This document shows positions 29,604 to 39,539 of a stretch of DNA of 64,000 nucleotides, one piece after another (within the stretch, counting starts at the first letter, position 1; the number at the start of each line of letters is the position of its first letter). The notes below the pieces were generated by a model, which was not told the origin of the DNA, searched no databases, and saw only the letters and a list, made by a program, of their open reading frames with translations. This stretch comes from Patescibacteria group bacterium (lineage in GTDB: Bacteria > Patescibacteriota > Microgenomatia > UBA1400 > PJMF01), in assembly GCA_039934415.1 (NCBI GenBank), contig JBDTME010000006.1:17206-81205 (forward strand), in the 5' to 3' direction. Both the position numbers and the translations under genes were made by a program.

Positions 29604-30266
29604 ATGCATATTTATCCCGCTATTTTAACCGAATCTGTACCATTGGCTGAAGAACAGCTCGCCAGGGTGGTGGGTATTCCAGAGATTGAAGCAGTTCAAA
29701 TTGATATCATTGACGGTGAGTACGCTGATAATCTAACAATATCCCCAATTGACCTGATTGGTACAAACTTTGGTGAGCTGAGAGTAGATTTTCATTTAAT
29801 GACTATAGAGCCTGTGAATTTCATCTATGAGTGCAAACAAGTCGAAAATGTTCGAGCTGTTATCGCACAGATCGAACGCATGACTTCGCAAAAAGAGTTC
29901 ATTCGAGAAGCGCTTCAGTTCAGTGTTCAGCCTGGTTTATCACTGGATTTATACACCCCTGTTGAGTCTATCCACGAAGAAAGTTGGGAAGAGTTGCGAG
30001 TGATCTGTTTAATGGGGAATTTGGCTGGTCATCAAGGTGAGCCATTTAAAGGCAAAGTAGTGCTCGATAAGATTAGAGAAGTGAATGAGATCAAAAAGAA
30101 GTTAGATCTACAGCAATTGGAAGTTATTGTTGATATTGGTGTTAATGAAGACACGATTAGTCAGATTGCGAAAGCGGGAGCTGACGGAGTTGCTGTTGGT
30201 AGTCTATTATGGAAGAGCGAAGATATTGAAGCACAGCTACAACGACTCGAAGAAAACGCACATTAA
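29604..30266 (+). CDS. rpe: Ribulose-phosphate 3-epimerase
   Basis: IYPAIL, QIDIIDG, FHLM, G.QG, VDIGVN, AGAD..AVGS. Confidence 0.88.
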   Translation: MHIYPAILTESVPLAEEQLARVVGIPEIEAVQIDIIDGEYADNLTISPIDLIGTNFGELRVDFHLMTIEPVNFIYECKQVENVRAVIAQIERMTSQKEFIREALQFSVQPGLSLDLYTPVESIHEESWEELRVICLMGNLAGHQGEPFKGKVVLDKIREVNEIKKKLDLQQLEVIVDIGVNEDTISQIAKAGADGVAVGSLLWKSEDIEAQLQRLEENAH

Positions 30267-30310
30267 TTTCAAGATTAAAAACTATCAACCACTGAGCAAG
30301 TATATTTTTC

Positions 30311-30937
30311 ATGCGTACACAACTTCACATTCCATCACCAAAAACAAATCCAGGCATCCGTAATGTTGCGGTGTTTGGTTCGGCTGATGTGGATTCAAAA
30401 GATCCAGTCTATGAAGAAGCATTCAACGTTGCTCGTTACTTGGCGTATCATGATAAAGTGATTGTGAATGGTGGGGGTCCAGGTGTGATGCAGGCTGCAA
30501 CAACAGGTGCGCAGTCAGTTGGTGGCCAGACACTCGTTGTGACTTTTGCTCCCGATCCTAAAGAAGCACCAGATTTTGAAGGAAAATTTGAGAATAATAA
30601 AGCTGATGTTGAAATCAAAACCAAAAACTACGTTGAAAGAATGTTTAGTTTAATGGAACACGCCGACATTTTTATCGTGTTTAAAGGTGGTACAGGAACG
30701 CTCAGTGAGTGGGCTACGGCTTGGTTGATGGCGCATATTTACTATGGACATCATAAACCACTGATTTTATACGGTGAATTTTGGACTGAAGTTATTAAAT
30801 GTATGACCAACAATTTTTTTATTGGTAAACATGAGATGGAAGTGTTCAAAATAGTCAAAGACGAAGCTGAATTGATCCCGGCCTTTGAGTACTTCGAGCA
30901 TGAATTAGAGAAGCGGATGTCAGCTACTTGGAAGTAA
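30311..30937 (+). CDS. LOG family nucleotide phosphoribohydrolase
   Basis: VAVFGS, NGGGPGVMQA, GGTGTLSE. Confidence 0.88.
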   Translation: MRTQLHIPSPKTNPGIRNVAVFGSADVDSKDPVYEEAFNVARYLAYHDKVIVNGGGPGVMQAATTGAQSVGGQTLVVTFAPDPKEAPDFEGKFENNKADVEIKTKNYVERMFSLMEHADIFIVFKGGTGTLSEWATAWLMAHIYYGHHKPLILYGEFWTEVIKCMTNNFFIGKHEMEVFKIVKDEAELIPAFEYFEHELEKRMSATWK

Positions 30938-30981
30938 GCCCCTCGCTTGTTTGTCCCCCCAAAGACATCTAGAATGAACAT

Positions 30982-31905
30982 ATGTACGATTTACTTTCCA
31001 TTGGTTCTGCTACGTTGGATGTTGTTGCAAAGTCGAAAGATTTTGTGATTAAAGAAGAAGGGGGCAATAAAATTTTGTGTGAAAGTTATGGCGAAAAGAT
31101 GGATGTAGAGGAAATCAAATTTATTAGTGGTGGCGGTGCCACGAATGTGGCAGTGGGATGTAGTCGTTTGGGCCTGAAATCAGCAGTCGTTTGTGAAGTG
31201 GGTAAAGATTTGGCTGCCCAGGTCATTTTTGATGATTTAAAAAAAGATAAAGTTGAAACGCAATATATTATCAAAGAAAGATTGGAAGAAACGGCAGTAT
31301 CTATTCTATTGTCGGCAGGTGATGGTGGGCGCAGTGCCTTAACCCATCGAGGAGCTGCCTATCAACTGGAAAGTCGCGACATCCCTTGGAATGAGCTGGA
31401 TAAGACGAGGTGGCTTCACTTCGGAACGCTAGGGGGTGATAAGCAGTTACTGTTTGATCTGTTTGATTTTGCTCGGCAGCACCAACTAAATGTGTCCTGG
31501 ACACCTTCTTTAAAAGATCTCGAGCGGTGTGAGTGTGGCGACTTATTACCGTCTGTTATTTATTGTCATGTCCTCATTTTAAATTTAACGGAATGGACAA
31601 CGATCAAAAAGATTCAGGAAGATTTGTTGAAGCATATAGAGTTGATCATTGTAACGGAGGGCAAAGATGGTGGTGTTGTGTATCAAAACGGCAAGAAATT
31701 ACTTACGTATGAATCGCTAGAAGTTAAAACTGTTGAAGAGACTGGAGCTGGCGACGCCTTTGCTACAGGATTTATTGCTGGTCAGCTCAACAGTAAGACT
31801 GTTATAGAAGCAGTCGAGTGGGGTAGCCGAAACGCTGCTTCAGTTGTGCAATTTCTCGGAGCCAAAGAAGGTTTACTTACCAAGTCTCAAATTCAGGGCA
31901 AGTGA
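30982..31905 (+). CDS. PfkB family carbohydrate kinase
   Basis: GGGATNVA, ETGAGDAF. Confidence 0.92.
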   Translation: MYDLLSIGSATLDVVAKSKDFVIKEEGGNKILCESYGEKMDVEEIKFISGGGATNVAVGCSRLGLKSAVVCEVGKDLAAQVIFDDLKKDKVETQYIIKERLEETAVSILLSAGDGGRSALTHRGAAYQLESRDIPWNELDKTRWLHFGTLGGDKQLLFDLFDFARQHQLNVSWTPSLKDLERCECGDLLPSVIYCHVLILNLTEWTTIKKIQEDLLKHIELIIVTEGKDGGVVYQNGKKLLTYESLEVKTVEETGAGDAFATGFIAGQLNSKTVIEAVEWGSRNAASVVQFLGAKEGLLTKSQIQGK

Positions 31906-31963
31906 ATAGAGTAAGAATTTGGTATAGTAACGTTAGTGTTTTTCATCAAACAAAAAGGAACAA

Positions 31964-33085
31964 GTGATCCCGACCTTAGAACCAAATACACCAGTTTCAA
32001 CTACAGCTGCTCCATCTTCAGCGCAGTCCAATGTCCCTGCGACACTTGAATCTGAGTTACTAGAACTGCGTCAAAAACTGGTTTCGGCGGAAGTACCCGA
32101 TGAATTGAAGCTGCAGGTCGAAAAAGATCTTAATCGGCTGGAAAGAACCGGGCAGAGTACAGGGTACGATGAAAAATACGAACGATTGTCAAAGTATTTA
32201 GATTGGGTAGTCAACTTACCTTGGAATAAGAAAAGTAATGATATTTTAGATCTAGAAAAAACGAAAGAAATTTTCGAAAAGCATCACTACGGTATGCAAG
32301 AAGTGAAAGATCGGTTTTTGGAGTACGTGTCTGTCTTGAAAATGCGTAGTCAGACGCAAAAAAACCCCTATGTCAAAGCGCCTATTTTATTATTAGTTGG
32401 TTTGGTTGGTACTGGAAAGACGACATTTGCTTACTCGTTGGCAGAGGCGTTGGGTCGCCAGTTGATTCGTATTCCATTTGGTGGAATGGGATCGGCACGC
32501 GATTTGCGAGGTCAGTCACGGTTGCATCTGGAAGCTGAGCCAGGATATGTCATTAAAGGGTTGCGTCAAGCCGGAACGCGTAATCCGGTTATTTTGCTGG
32601 ATGAAATTGATCGTGTGGCAGATGATGCGCGAAACGACATCATGGGTGTACTAGTTGAGCTGCTAGATCCAGGGCAGAATTTTGCTTTTACTGATCACTA
32701 TATTGATTATCCTTTCGACTTATCAGAAGTGATTTTCCTGGCTACTGCCAACAATACTCGTAACATCGCGACTGCAGTCTTCGATCGTCTTGAACAAATT
32801 TCGATGCCGTCTTACACAGATGAGCAAAAAATTGTGATCGCACAAAAATATATTCTCCCGCAATTGTTGGAAGAGGCCGGCCTCACTGCTCAGCAGTTTG
32901 TCCTTCAAGATCCCAATTTGTGGACGAGAATGGTACGACCATTGGGATACGATGCTGGTATTCGTACCTTACAGCGCACACTACAAGGTGCCGTTCGGAA
33001 AGCCGCACGAGAAATAGTAGAAAAACACGTGCCGCAAGTTGTGATCACTGAACAGAATATTAATCAATTCCTGCCGCAGTATTGA
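31964..33085 (+). CDS. Lon-type AAA+ ATPase lacking the N-terminal and protease domains
   Basis: YLDWVVNLPW, HHYGMQEVKDR, GLVGTGKTT, NPVILLDEIDR, LLDPGQN..FTDHY; the ORF ends before the protease domain. Confidence 0.88.
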   Translation: MIPTLEPNTPVSTTAAPSSAQSNVPATLESELLELRQKLVSAEVPDELKLQVEKDLNRLERTGQSTGYDEKYERLSKYLDWVVNLPWNKKSNDILDLEKTKEIFEKHHYGMQEVKDRFLEYVSVLKMRSQTQKNPYVKAPILLLVGLVGTGKTTFAYSLAEALGRQLIRIPFGGMGSARDLRGQSRLHLEAEPGYVIKGLRQAGTRNPVILLDEIDRVADDARNDIMGVLVELLDPGQNFAFTDHYIDYPFDLSEVIFLATANNTRNIATAVFDRLEQISMPSYTDEQKIVIAQKYILPQLLEEAGLTAQQFVLQDPNLWTRMVRPLGYDAGIRTLQRTLQGAVRKAAREIVEKHVPQVVITEQNINQFLPQY

Positions 33086-33094
33086 TAAGCAGCC

Positions 33095-33724
33095 ATGACT
33101 CCTTCTGACAAGCAAAAAAAACTGGATGAGATCGCCAAACAGATGGAGGTCGAGATCCAGTACGAACTAGCCAAACATGCGAATTTAGTTCCAGGAGAAG
33201 GCAGTGCTAATGCAGAGGTCATGTTCATTGGTGAAGCACCAGGGGCAGATGAAGATCATTTGAAGCGGCCATTTGTGGGCAGGTCTGGGCAATTGTTGAG
33301 ATTGAATATCCGCAGCATTGGTTGGAAGGAAGCTGATGTGTATATCACGAATGTGGTCAAACATCGTCCGCCCGCTAATCGGGATCCGTTTCCAGATGAA
33401 ATTCTGCAAAACAAAGTTTTTTTAGATCAGCAGATTGAGACGATTGACCCGTTATTGATTGTGACACTGGGGCGCTTTAGCATGGGGAAGTTCTTTGCGG
33501 ACACGAAAATTTCACAGATTCATGGCAAAGTTTTTAAGATCAATTTCCAAAGAAAGAAGCGTTTTGTTTTCCCGTTATATCATCCAGCAGCCGCGTTGCG
33601 GAGCACTGCTATGAAAGAGCAGTTTGAGCTTGATTTTAAAAAACTGCCCAAAATTTTAGAGTGGGTGAGAAAGCAAAAACCAGATCTGGAGTTGCAGGCA
33701 ACTGTAGAAGAGTTTTTACTCTAG
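33095..33724 (+). CDS. Uracil-DNA glycosylase, family 4
   Basis: IGEAPG..ED...PFVGRSG, NVVKHRPP.NR, YHPAA. Confidence 0.94.
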   Translation: MTPSDKQKKLDEIAKQMEVEIQYELAKHANLVPGEGSANAEVMFIGEAPGADEDHLKRPFVGRSGQLLRLNIRSIGWKEADVYITNVVKHRPPANRDPFPDEILQNKVFLDQQIETIDPLLIVTLGRFSMGKFFADTKISQIHGKVFKINFQRKKRFVFPLYHPAAALRSTAMKEQFELDFKKLPKILEWVRKQKPDLELQATVEEFLL

Positions 33725-33809
33725 TGAGCAACACGAGTATTGAGTACTAAAATTACTCAATATGTAAGTGAACTCAAGTCTACTTCTTGAAAACTGCTAT
33801 AATGAACAC

Positions 33810-34616
33810 ATGTATCTGTTTATTATTTGTTTTTCGCTGCTCGTTCCACTACTTGCCTTGTCAATTTATCAACACAACGGAAAAAGACAGATCTTTCAAC
33901 TCGATTTTGTGCAGTTCATGTACTTATTTGTGTTTATGCCAGTCTTGTTCATTTGGGCGAAAGCGTTCTTGTTTTATCTGTTGAATACCGAAGTGAGCAA
34001 CAGCCTGAGTTCAAGAGACATTTTCACGATTGATACAACATTTAGTATTGTTGCGTTGTATCTATTCTCTGCAACAGCGATCCATACATTGACCAAAACC
34101 TTCTGGCTGAGAAAACAAGATGATCCAGATTTCGACATCTTTCACTTGTCAGAGTACTTTCATCTGTGGTGGTCTCACATTTTTATGGATGTGGGTGGGA
34201 TGATTGCGTTTTGTTTTTTGTCGACGATTAATGCTTTTATTGCATTTAACTTAGTTGAAAGTCAGTTTAAATTATTGTTTACAATGGCGTTGGGAATCGT
34301 TCTCGGTATTTTTGTTTTCTTCATGATATGGAGTCAAGATCCCAAGCAAGAACGCAAAAGGTTTTTGCGTTTGATGAAAGTTTGTCTTATTATTGTTTCG
34401 GTGTATCATGTCTTTCTGTATCTGTTGATTGAACCGCAATTTTCGATGAATTACTTTCTTTTTTGGTTCATCTTTAGCGTTGTAGTGAGTGCAACAATTT
34501 CAAGTTTCAGTTTCGTATACTCTAAAAAAGCCAGAAGACTTCATGAGCGAATGTTGCACCAAGGTTGGGGTGACAATATTCAAATTTTTAAACCAAGAGA
34601 GTCTCTGAAGAAATGA
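33810..34616 (+). CDS. Multi-pass membrane hypothetical protein
   Basis: About 7 TM helices; TATAAT 6 nt before ATG 33810. Confidence 0.8.
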   Translation: MYLFIICFSLLVPLLALSIYQHNGKRQIFQLDFVQFMYLFVFMPVLFIWAKAFLFYLLNTEVSNSLSSRDIFTIDTTFSIVALYLFSATAIHTLTKTFWLRKQDDPDFDIFHLSEYFHLWWSHIFMDVGGMIAFCFLSTINAFIAFNLVESQFKLLFTMALGIVLGIFVFFMIWSQDPKQERKRFLRLMKVCLIIVSVYHVFLYLLIEPQFSMNYFLFWFIFSVVVSATISSFSFVYSKKARRLHERMLHQGWGDNIQIFKPRESLKK

Positions 34617-34695
34617 AGTGGTGCGTGATTGTTGTTATTAATATATTAAATATTTTTTAAGTAATAGAAAATTACTTGGGTTGTGAAAGGTTTTT

Positions 34696-36357
34696 ATGAG
34701 TAAGTTACGAATTATCCCGCTTGGTGGAATTGGGAGTGTAACCAAGAATATGTTTGTCTATGAATATGAAGACGAAATGTTGATCGTGGATTGTGGAATT
34801 GGTTTCCCCGCGCTCAACATGCAAGGAATTGATCTGCTGATTCCTGATGCCAGTTATTTATTTGAGCAAATTGAAGCAGGAAAGAAAATTGTCGGGATGT
34901 TCTTTAGTCACGGTCATGATGATCACATCGCAGCGGCTGGATATATTCTATCTCAATTGCCTGAGTTCCCAATTTACGCGGCCCCATTGACCGCTGCTTT
35001 CGCCGAGCAACGGATGAGAGATCATCATGTCGAGCGACCGATCACAGTGGTACGGGATCGCGAGCCGGTGACGTTGGGATACTTTACCGTTGAGACCATT
35101 GCCATGACACACTCAGTTCCAGATACGAAGCATTTAATCATCAGAACTCCAGAAGGAATTATTTATCATGGTTCTGACTTCAAACTGGATACAAATCCAG
35201 TTGATGGTGTTGTGCCTGATTACGAAGCAATTACTGAGGTGGCCAAAGAAGGCATCTTATGCATGTTGATCGATTGTTTGCGTATTGAGAATACGACTAT
35301 GACTCAGTCTGAGTCGACTGTCCGATCTGCGATAGAGCGTGAAATGATGCACGTACAAGGGAAAGTCGTTGTTACCTTGATGAGTTCACACATTCACCGT
35401 ATTCAACAGGTCGCTGACGCAGCGATTGCGGTTGGTCGAAAGCTGGTGTTTATTGGTCGCTCTGTTGAGCAGAATGTTGATTCAGCAATCAATTTGAAAA
35501 AATTACGTTTACTACCGAAAGACATCGTAGATAAAAGAAAAATTGACACCGTTCCAGATGAGCAACTGTGTCTAATTGTTGCTGGTAGCCAAGGTCAAGA
35601 AGGTTCTTCGTTGATGCGAGCGGTCTTTGGTGAACATCCGATGTTCCAGATTTCTAAACAAGATAAAGTCATCTTTTCAGCTGATGTGATCCCAGGTAAT
35701 GAACTACCGTTTTATGGCGCGATCGACGAGTTAGCAAAAAATGGTATCGATGTCACCTATCCGGATATCCGACATGATCTTCACGTTTCTGGGCACGCCT
35801 CAGCGGTTGAGCAACAGCAGTTGATCGAGTTGGGGAAAGCCAAGTATTTATTCCCAATTGGCGGTGCATACCGACACCAGAAGTTGTTCTCAGATTTGGC
35901 AAGGGAAGTGGGGTACGACGAACAACATATTTTGTTACCAAAAGATGGTCAAGTTCTCGAGTTTTCAAATGGTTTGGAAAATTGGGGCGAAACAATCTTA
36001 CTGAAAGACTTGATGGTCGATGGTAAAGGTATTGGTGATGTGGGAACCATGGTATTATCTGATCGAAAAATTATGTCCCAAGATGGCATGTTGATATTGG
36101 TCATTCCTCGGGAAAACAACAGTTATCGGTTGAGGGAAATGCAAGTCGTTTCTCGCGGTTTTATCTACATGCGCGACTCGGAAGAGTTCATTCAAGAAAT
36201 TAAAATGGCAGTTACTGAAATGATGAATGAGATGATTCGAGATGGAGAAAAACCGAATGAAATGAAACGTCGTATCGAGAAACGATTAACCAGAAAGCTC
36301 GACAAGATGATTGGACGAACACCGTTGATTATGACCGTGTTTGTAGAGTTGGGTTGA
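34696..36357 (+). CDS. rnj: Ribonuclease J
   Basis: IIPLGG, SHGHDDH, HSVPD, DFKLD, GSQG, HVSGHA. Confidence 0.96.
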   Translation: MSKLRIIPLGGIGSVTKNMFVYEYEDEMLIVDCGIGFPALNMQGIDLLIPDASYLFEQIEAGKKIVGMFFSHGHDDHIAAAGYILSQLPEFPIYAAPLTAAFAEQRMRDHHVERPITVVRDREPVTLGYFTVETIAMTHSVPDTKHLIIRTPEGIIYHGSDFKLDTNPVDGVVPDYEAITEVAKEGILCMLIDCLRIENTTMTQSESTVRSAIEREMMHVQGKVVVTLMSSHIHRIQQVADAAIAVGRKLVFIGRSVEQNVDSAINLKKLRLLPKDIVDKRKIDTVPDEQLCLIVAGSQGQEGSSLMRAVFGEHPMFQISKQDKVIFSADVIPGNELPFYGAIDELAKNGIDVTYPDIRHDLHVSGHASAVEQQQLIELGKAKYLFPIGGAYRHQKLFSDLAREVGYDEQHILLPKDGQVLEFSNGLENWGETILLKDLMVDGKGIGDVGTMVLSDRKIMSQDGMLILVIPRENNSYRLREMQVVSRGFIYMRDSEEFIQEIKMAVTEMMNEMIRDGEKPNEMKRRIEKRLTRKLDKMIGRTPLIMTVFVELG

Positions 36358-36440
36358 GCGTAGAAAAGATTTGCTTTTTAGTTTGCATTACTCTTTACAG
36401 AGTCTTTCTACTTTGTACTTGATGAAGTATACTTTTTGAT

Positions 36441-38633
36441 ATGGGTTTATTTGGTAAAAAGTCCAAGCGTGGGCGCAAGAAGTCGCCGTTAAAGTTGTCC
36501 CTGCGAAAAGAGACGATGTTGTCGTTGGTTTCGGTGTTCTTTTTTGCAGCAGGTGGACTGATTTTTCTGTCTTTCTCTGGTCAAGGTGATATCTTGCAGC
36601 AGTTTAATAGATTTGTCGTCGCAAAGTTGGGTCTGGCCACTTTTCTGTTGCCCTTTATATTCTTTTCGGCTGGTTTAACGTTGACCCAGATGAAATGGGC
36701 GTTTGCGCGACCCCATACCTTTTTAGGTGCTTGTCTGATCTTTATTGGTATCTTAGGTCTTTTTCAATCAGGTGAAGTTGGTTCTCAAACATTTTTAAAT
36801 GTGGCTAACTCTGTTCAAGAAGCGGGTGCGTATTTGTTATTTTTCTTGATTACTTTTGCTGGCTATCTGATCATTACTCAAACATCAATTCGTGAACTAG
36901 TCGATATTTTTGTTGATCTCTTGCCGAAAAAATCAGACAAACCAGCGATAAAAGCTGACGAGTCTGGAAAACCAGAAGAACGGAAGGGATTACTCTCTGG
37001 ATTTTCACTAGGAGGAATCAAGATGAATACGGGTGATCCCAAAGATCCTAACCGAGATAAGCCAACGAGTGAACCGGAATTTGCTTTGGATAAGAAAAAG
37101 CCAGAAGTCTTGGCTCCAAAAACTGATGATAAAGAGATGTCAGATCAAGTTTTGGCGAATCAGCCAGGCCAAGAGTTTGTTTGGGAGTATCCACCAATTT
37201 CTTTGTTATCTGTGAAATCTGGTGCCAAAGCAGATCGTGGTGATGTCAAAAAGAACGCTGATATCATCGAACAGACTTTAGACTCATTTGGCATCAAAGC
37301 AAAAGTAGTCGAAGTTAATGGTGGACCGGCGGTAACGCAGTATGCAATGGAAATTAGTTTAGGCACGAAGTTGACTAAAATCACTGCTCTTGCAAATGAC
37401 TTGGCATTGGCACTAGCAGCCCCAACTGGCCAGATTCGTATCGAAGCGCCAATTCCAGGGAGATCTTTAGTCGGTGTGGAAATTCCAAACCGATCTTCAG
37501 AAACAATCGGATTGAAAGCAATTCTGGCGAGTGAAAAAATGCGTAAGCACAAATCAAAGTTGGCGGTGGCCTTGGGGTTGGATGTATCTGGTCAACCAGT
37601 GATTATCGATATCGCTCGGATGCCGCACTGTTTGATTGCTGGAGCCACAGGTTCTGGAAAGTCCGTCTGTGTGAACGTCTTTATTAGTAGTATTTTGTTC
37701 CGCTCGACGCCTCAGGAAGTCAAATTTATTTTGGTTGATCCGAAACGCGTGGAGTTGACTGGTTATAATGGCATCCCTCATTTGTTAACTCCAGTCATTG
37801 TTGAACCAGACAAAGTTGTTTCCGCTCTGAAATGGGCTACCGCAGAAATGGATCGTCGCTATAAGACATTGGCTGAGGTTGGTGTCAAAAATATCGAAGG
37901 CTACAACGAGCTGGCTGGTTTCCAAGCGATGCCATATATCGTCATCATTATCGATGAGTTAGCAGATATCATGTTGTTTGCTCCAGCTGAGGTTGAAGAG
38001 TGCATCACTCGTATTGCCCAAATGGCGCGCGCAGTTGGTATGCACTTGGTACTTGCTACACAGCGACCTTCTGTGGATGTCATTACTGGCTTGATCAAAG
38101 CCAACATCCCAACTCGTATTGCGTTTAACGTTTCATCAATGACTGACTCTCGTGTAGTTTTAGACTCTCCAGGTGCAGAAAAATTGTTAGGTCGGGGAGA
38201 CATGTTGTACACGCCGCCAGAGCAATCTAAACCGACTCGTATCCAGGGTGCATTTGTATCCGAACAAGAAACACGTAATCTGATCGACTTTATCAAGGCG
38301 CAGGGTCAAGAAGTTACGTATGAAGCTGATATCACTACGAAATTCAAGTCAAACAAAACTGGTGGTAAAACCAGTGGTGGGATGGGTAACAATGAAATGG
38401 GTGACAAAGATCAGTTCTTTGATGAAGCGGTTAAGATATTTTCACAGTACGACAAAGGCTCGGCTTCTTTGATTCAACGTCGCTTAAAAGTCGGTTACGC
38501 TCGTGCGGCTCGTATCCTGGATGAACTCCATGAGTATGGTATTGTCGGCGAAGCCGAAGGTAGCAAACCTCGCGAAGTGAACCTTGAAGCAGCTCAGAAA
38601 TATCTACAAAGTTTAGAAAGTATTGGAGAATGA
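36441..38633 (+). CDS. ftsK: DNA translocase FtsK/SpoIIIE
   Basis: N-terminal TMs, AGATGSGKS, DPKRVEL, IDELAD, ATQRPSVDVITG, gamma domain GYARAARI. Confidence 0.97.
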   Translation: MGLFGKKSKRGRKKSPLKLSLRKETMLSLVSVFFFAAGGLIFLSFSGQGDILQQFNRFVVAKLGLATFLLPFIFFSAGLTLTQMKWAFARPHTFLGACLIFIGILGLFQSGEVGSQTFLNVANSVQEAGAYLLFFLITFAGYLIITQTSIRELVDIFVDLLPKKSDKPAIKADESGKPEERKGLLSGFSLGGIKMNTGDPKDPNRDKPTSEPEFALDKKKPEVLAPKTDDKEMSDQVLANQPGQEFVWEYPPISLLSVKSGAKADRGDVKKNADIIEQTLDSFGIKAKVVEVNGGPAVTQYAMEISLGTKLTKITALANDLALALAAPTGQIRIEAPIPGRSLVGVEIPNRSSETIGLKAILASEKMRKHKSKLAVALGLDVSGQPVIIDIARMPHCLIAGATGSGKSVCVNVFISSILFRSTPQEVKFILVDPKRVELTGYNGIPHLLTPVIVEPDKVVSALKWATAEMDRRYKTLAEVGVKNIEGYNELAGFQAMPYIVIIIDELADIMLFAPAEVEECITRIAQMARAVGMHLVLATQRPSVDVITGLIKANIPTRIAFNVSSMTDSRVVLDSPGAEKLLGRGDMLYTPPEQSKPTRIQGAFVSEQETRNLIDFIKAQGQEVTYEADITTKFKSNKTGGKTSGGMGNNEMGDKDQFFDEAVKIFSQYDKGSASLIQRRLKVGYARAARILDELHEYGIVGEAEGSKPREVNLEAAQKYLQSLESIGE

Positions 38634-38643
38634 AAGGAAACTT

Positions 38644-39525
38644 ATGCGAAAAATTACCCCTCATCTTTGGTTTGATAAAGAAGCGCAAGAAGCAGCACAG
38701 TTATATACTTCTCTTTTTGAAAATTCAAAAGTCCTCAATGCTGTAAAGATCCATAACACTCCGTCAGGTGACGCCGATATTTTGACAGTCATGTTGGCTG
38801 GTCAAGAGTTCATGCTGTTAAATGCCGGTCCGATTTTTAAATTTAATCCCTCTATTTCTTTTTTGATAGCGTGCAAAACGAAAGAAGAAGTCGAAAACCT
38901 TTGGCAGAAATTAATTCCAGGTGGTTCTGCTCTAATGGAACTGGGTGAGTATCCATTTAGTCAAAAATATGGTTGGCTTGCTGATAAGTTTGGTTTGTCA
39001 TGGCAAATTATGTATATGGGTGATCTGCCGATAACTCAAAAAATTACCCCGACCCTCATGTTTGTAGGGGACCAGTGTGGCAAGACTGAAGAAGCAATCA
39101 ATATGTACGCGTCAATTTTTCACAACTCAAATATTGGCGATATTATGCGCTACAACAAAGGTGAAGAGCCTGACAAAGAAGGTACCATCAGGCACGTTTC
39201 TTTCCAGTTAGCGGGGCAAGATTTTGCTGCTATGGATAGTGCTCATAAACATGAGTTTAGCTTTAATGAGGCGGTTTCATTTGTTGTTCACTGCGAGAGT
39301 CAAGAAGAAATTGATTACTATTGGGAACGACTTTCAGCTGATCCGAAGGCAGAACAGTGTGGCTGGCTCAAAGATAAATATACTGTATCGTGGCAGATTG
39401 TACCGACCTTGATGGATGAGATGTTTAAAGACAAGGATGAGAAGAAAATAGCAAGAGTTACTGAAGCATTTTTGAAAATGAAAAAATTTGATATCGCTCA
39501 ACTGCAACAAGCAGCCGAAGGATAG
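38644..39525 (+). CDS. VOC/PhnB-like protein (tandem domains)
   Basis: KITPHLWF and KITPTLMF repeats; GWLADKFGLSWQ, CGWLKDKY.VSWQ. Confidence 0.9.
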   Translation: MRKITPHLWFDKEAQEAAQLYTSLFENSKVLNAVKIHNTPSGDADILTVMLAGQEFMLLNAGPIFKFNPSISFLIACKTKEEVENLWQKLIPGGSALMELGEYPFSQKYGWLADKFGLSWQIMYMGDLPITQKITPTLMFVGDQCGKTEEAINMYASIFHNSNIGDIMRYNKGEEPDKEGTIRHVSFQLAGQDFAAMDSAHKHEFSFNEAVSFVVHCESQEEIDYYWERLSADPKAEQCGWLKDKYTVSWQIVPTLMDEMFKDKDEKKIARVTEAFLKMKKFDIAQLQQAAEG

Positions 39526-39539
39526 TTACAACTTACTGC

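Noticed and set aside
33086-33724. Frameshifted remainder of the Lon protease domain
   Set aside because: The space is occupied by an intact UDG gene starting 9 nt after the stop.
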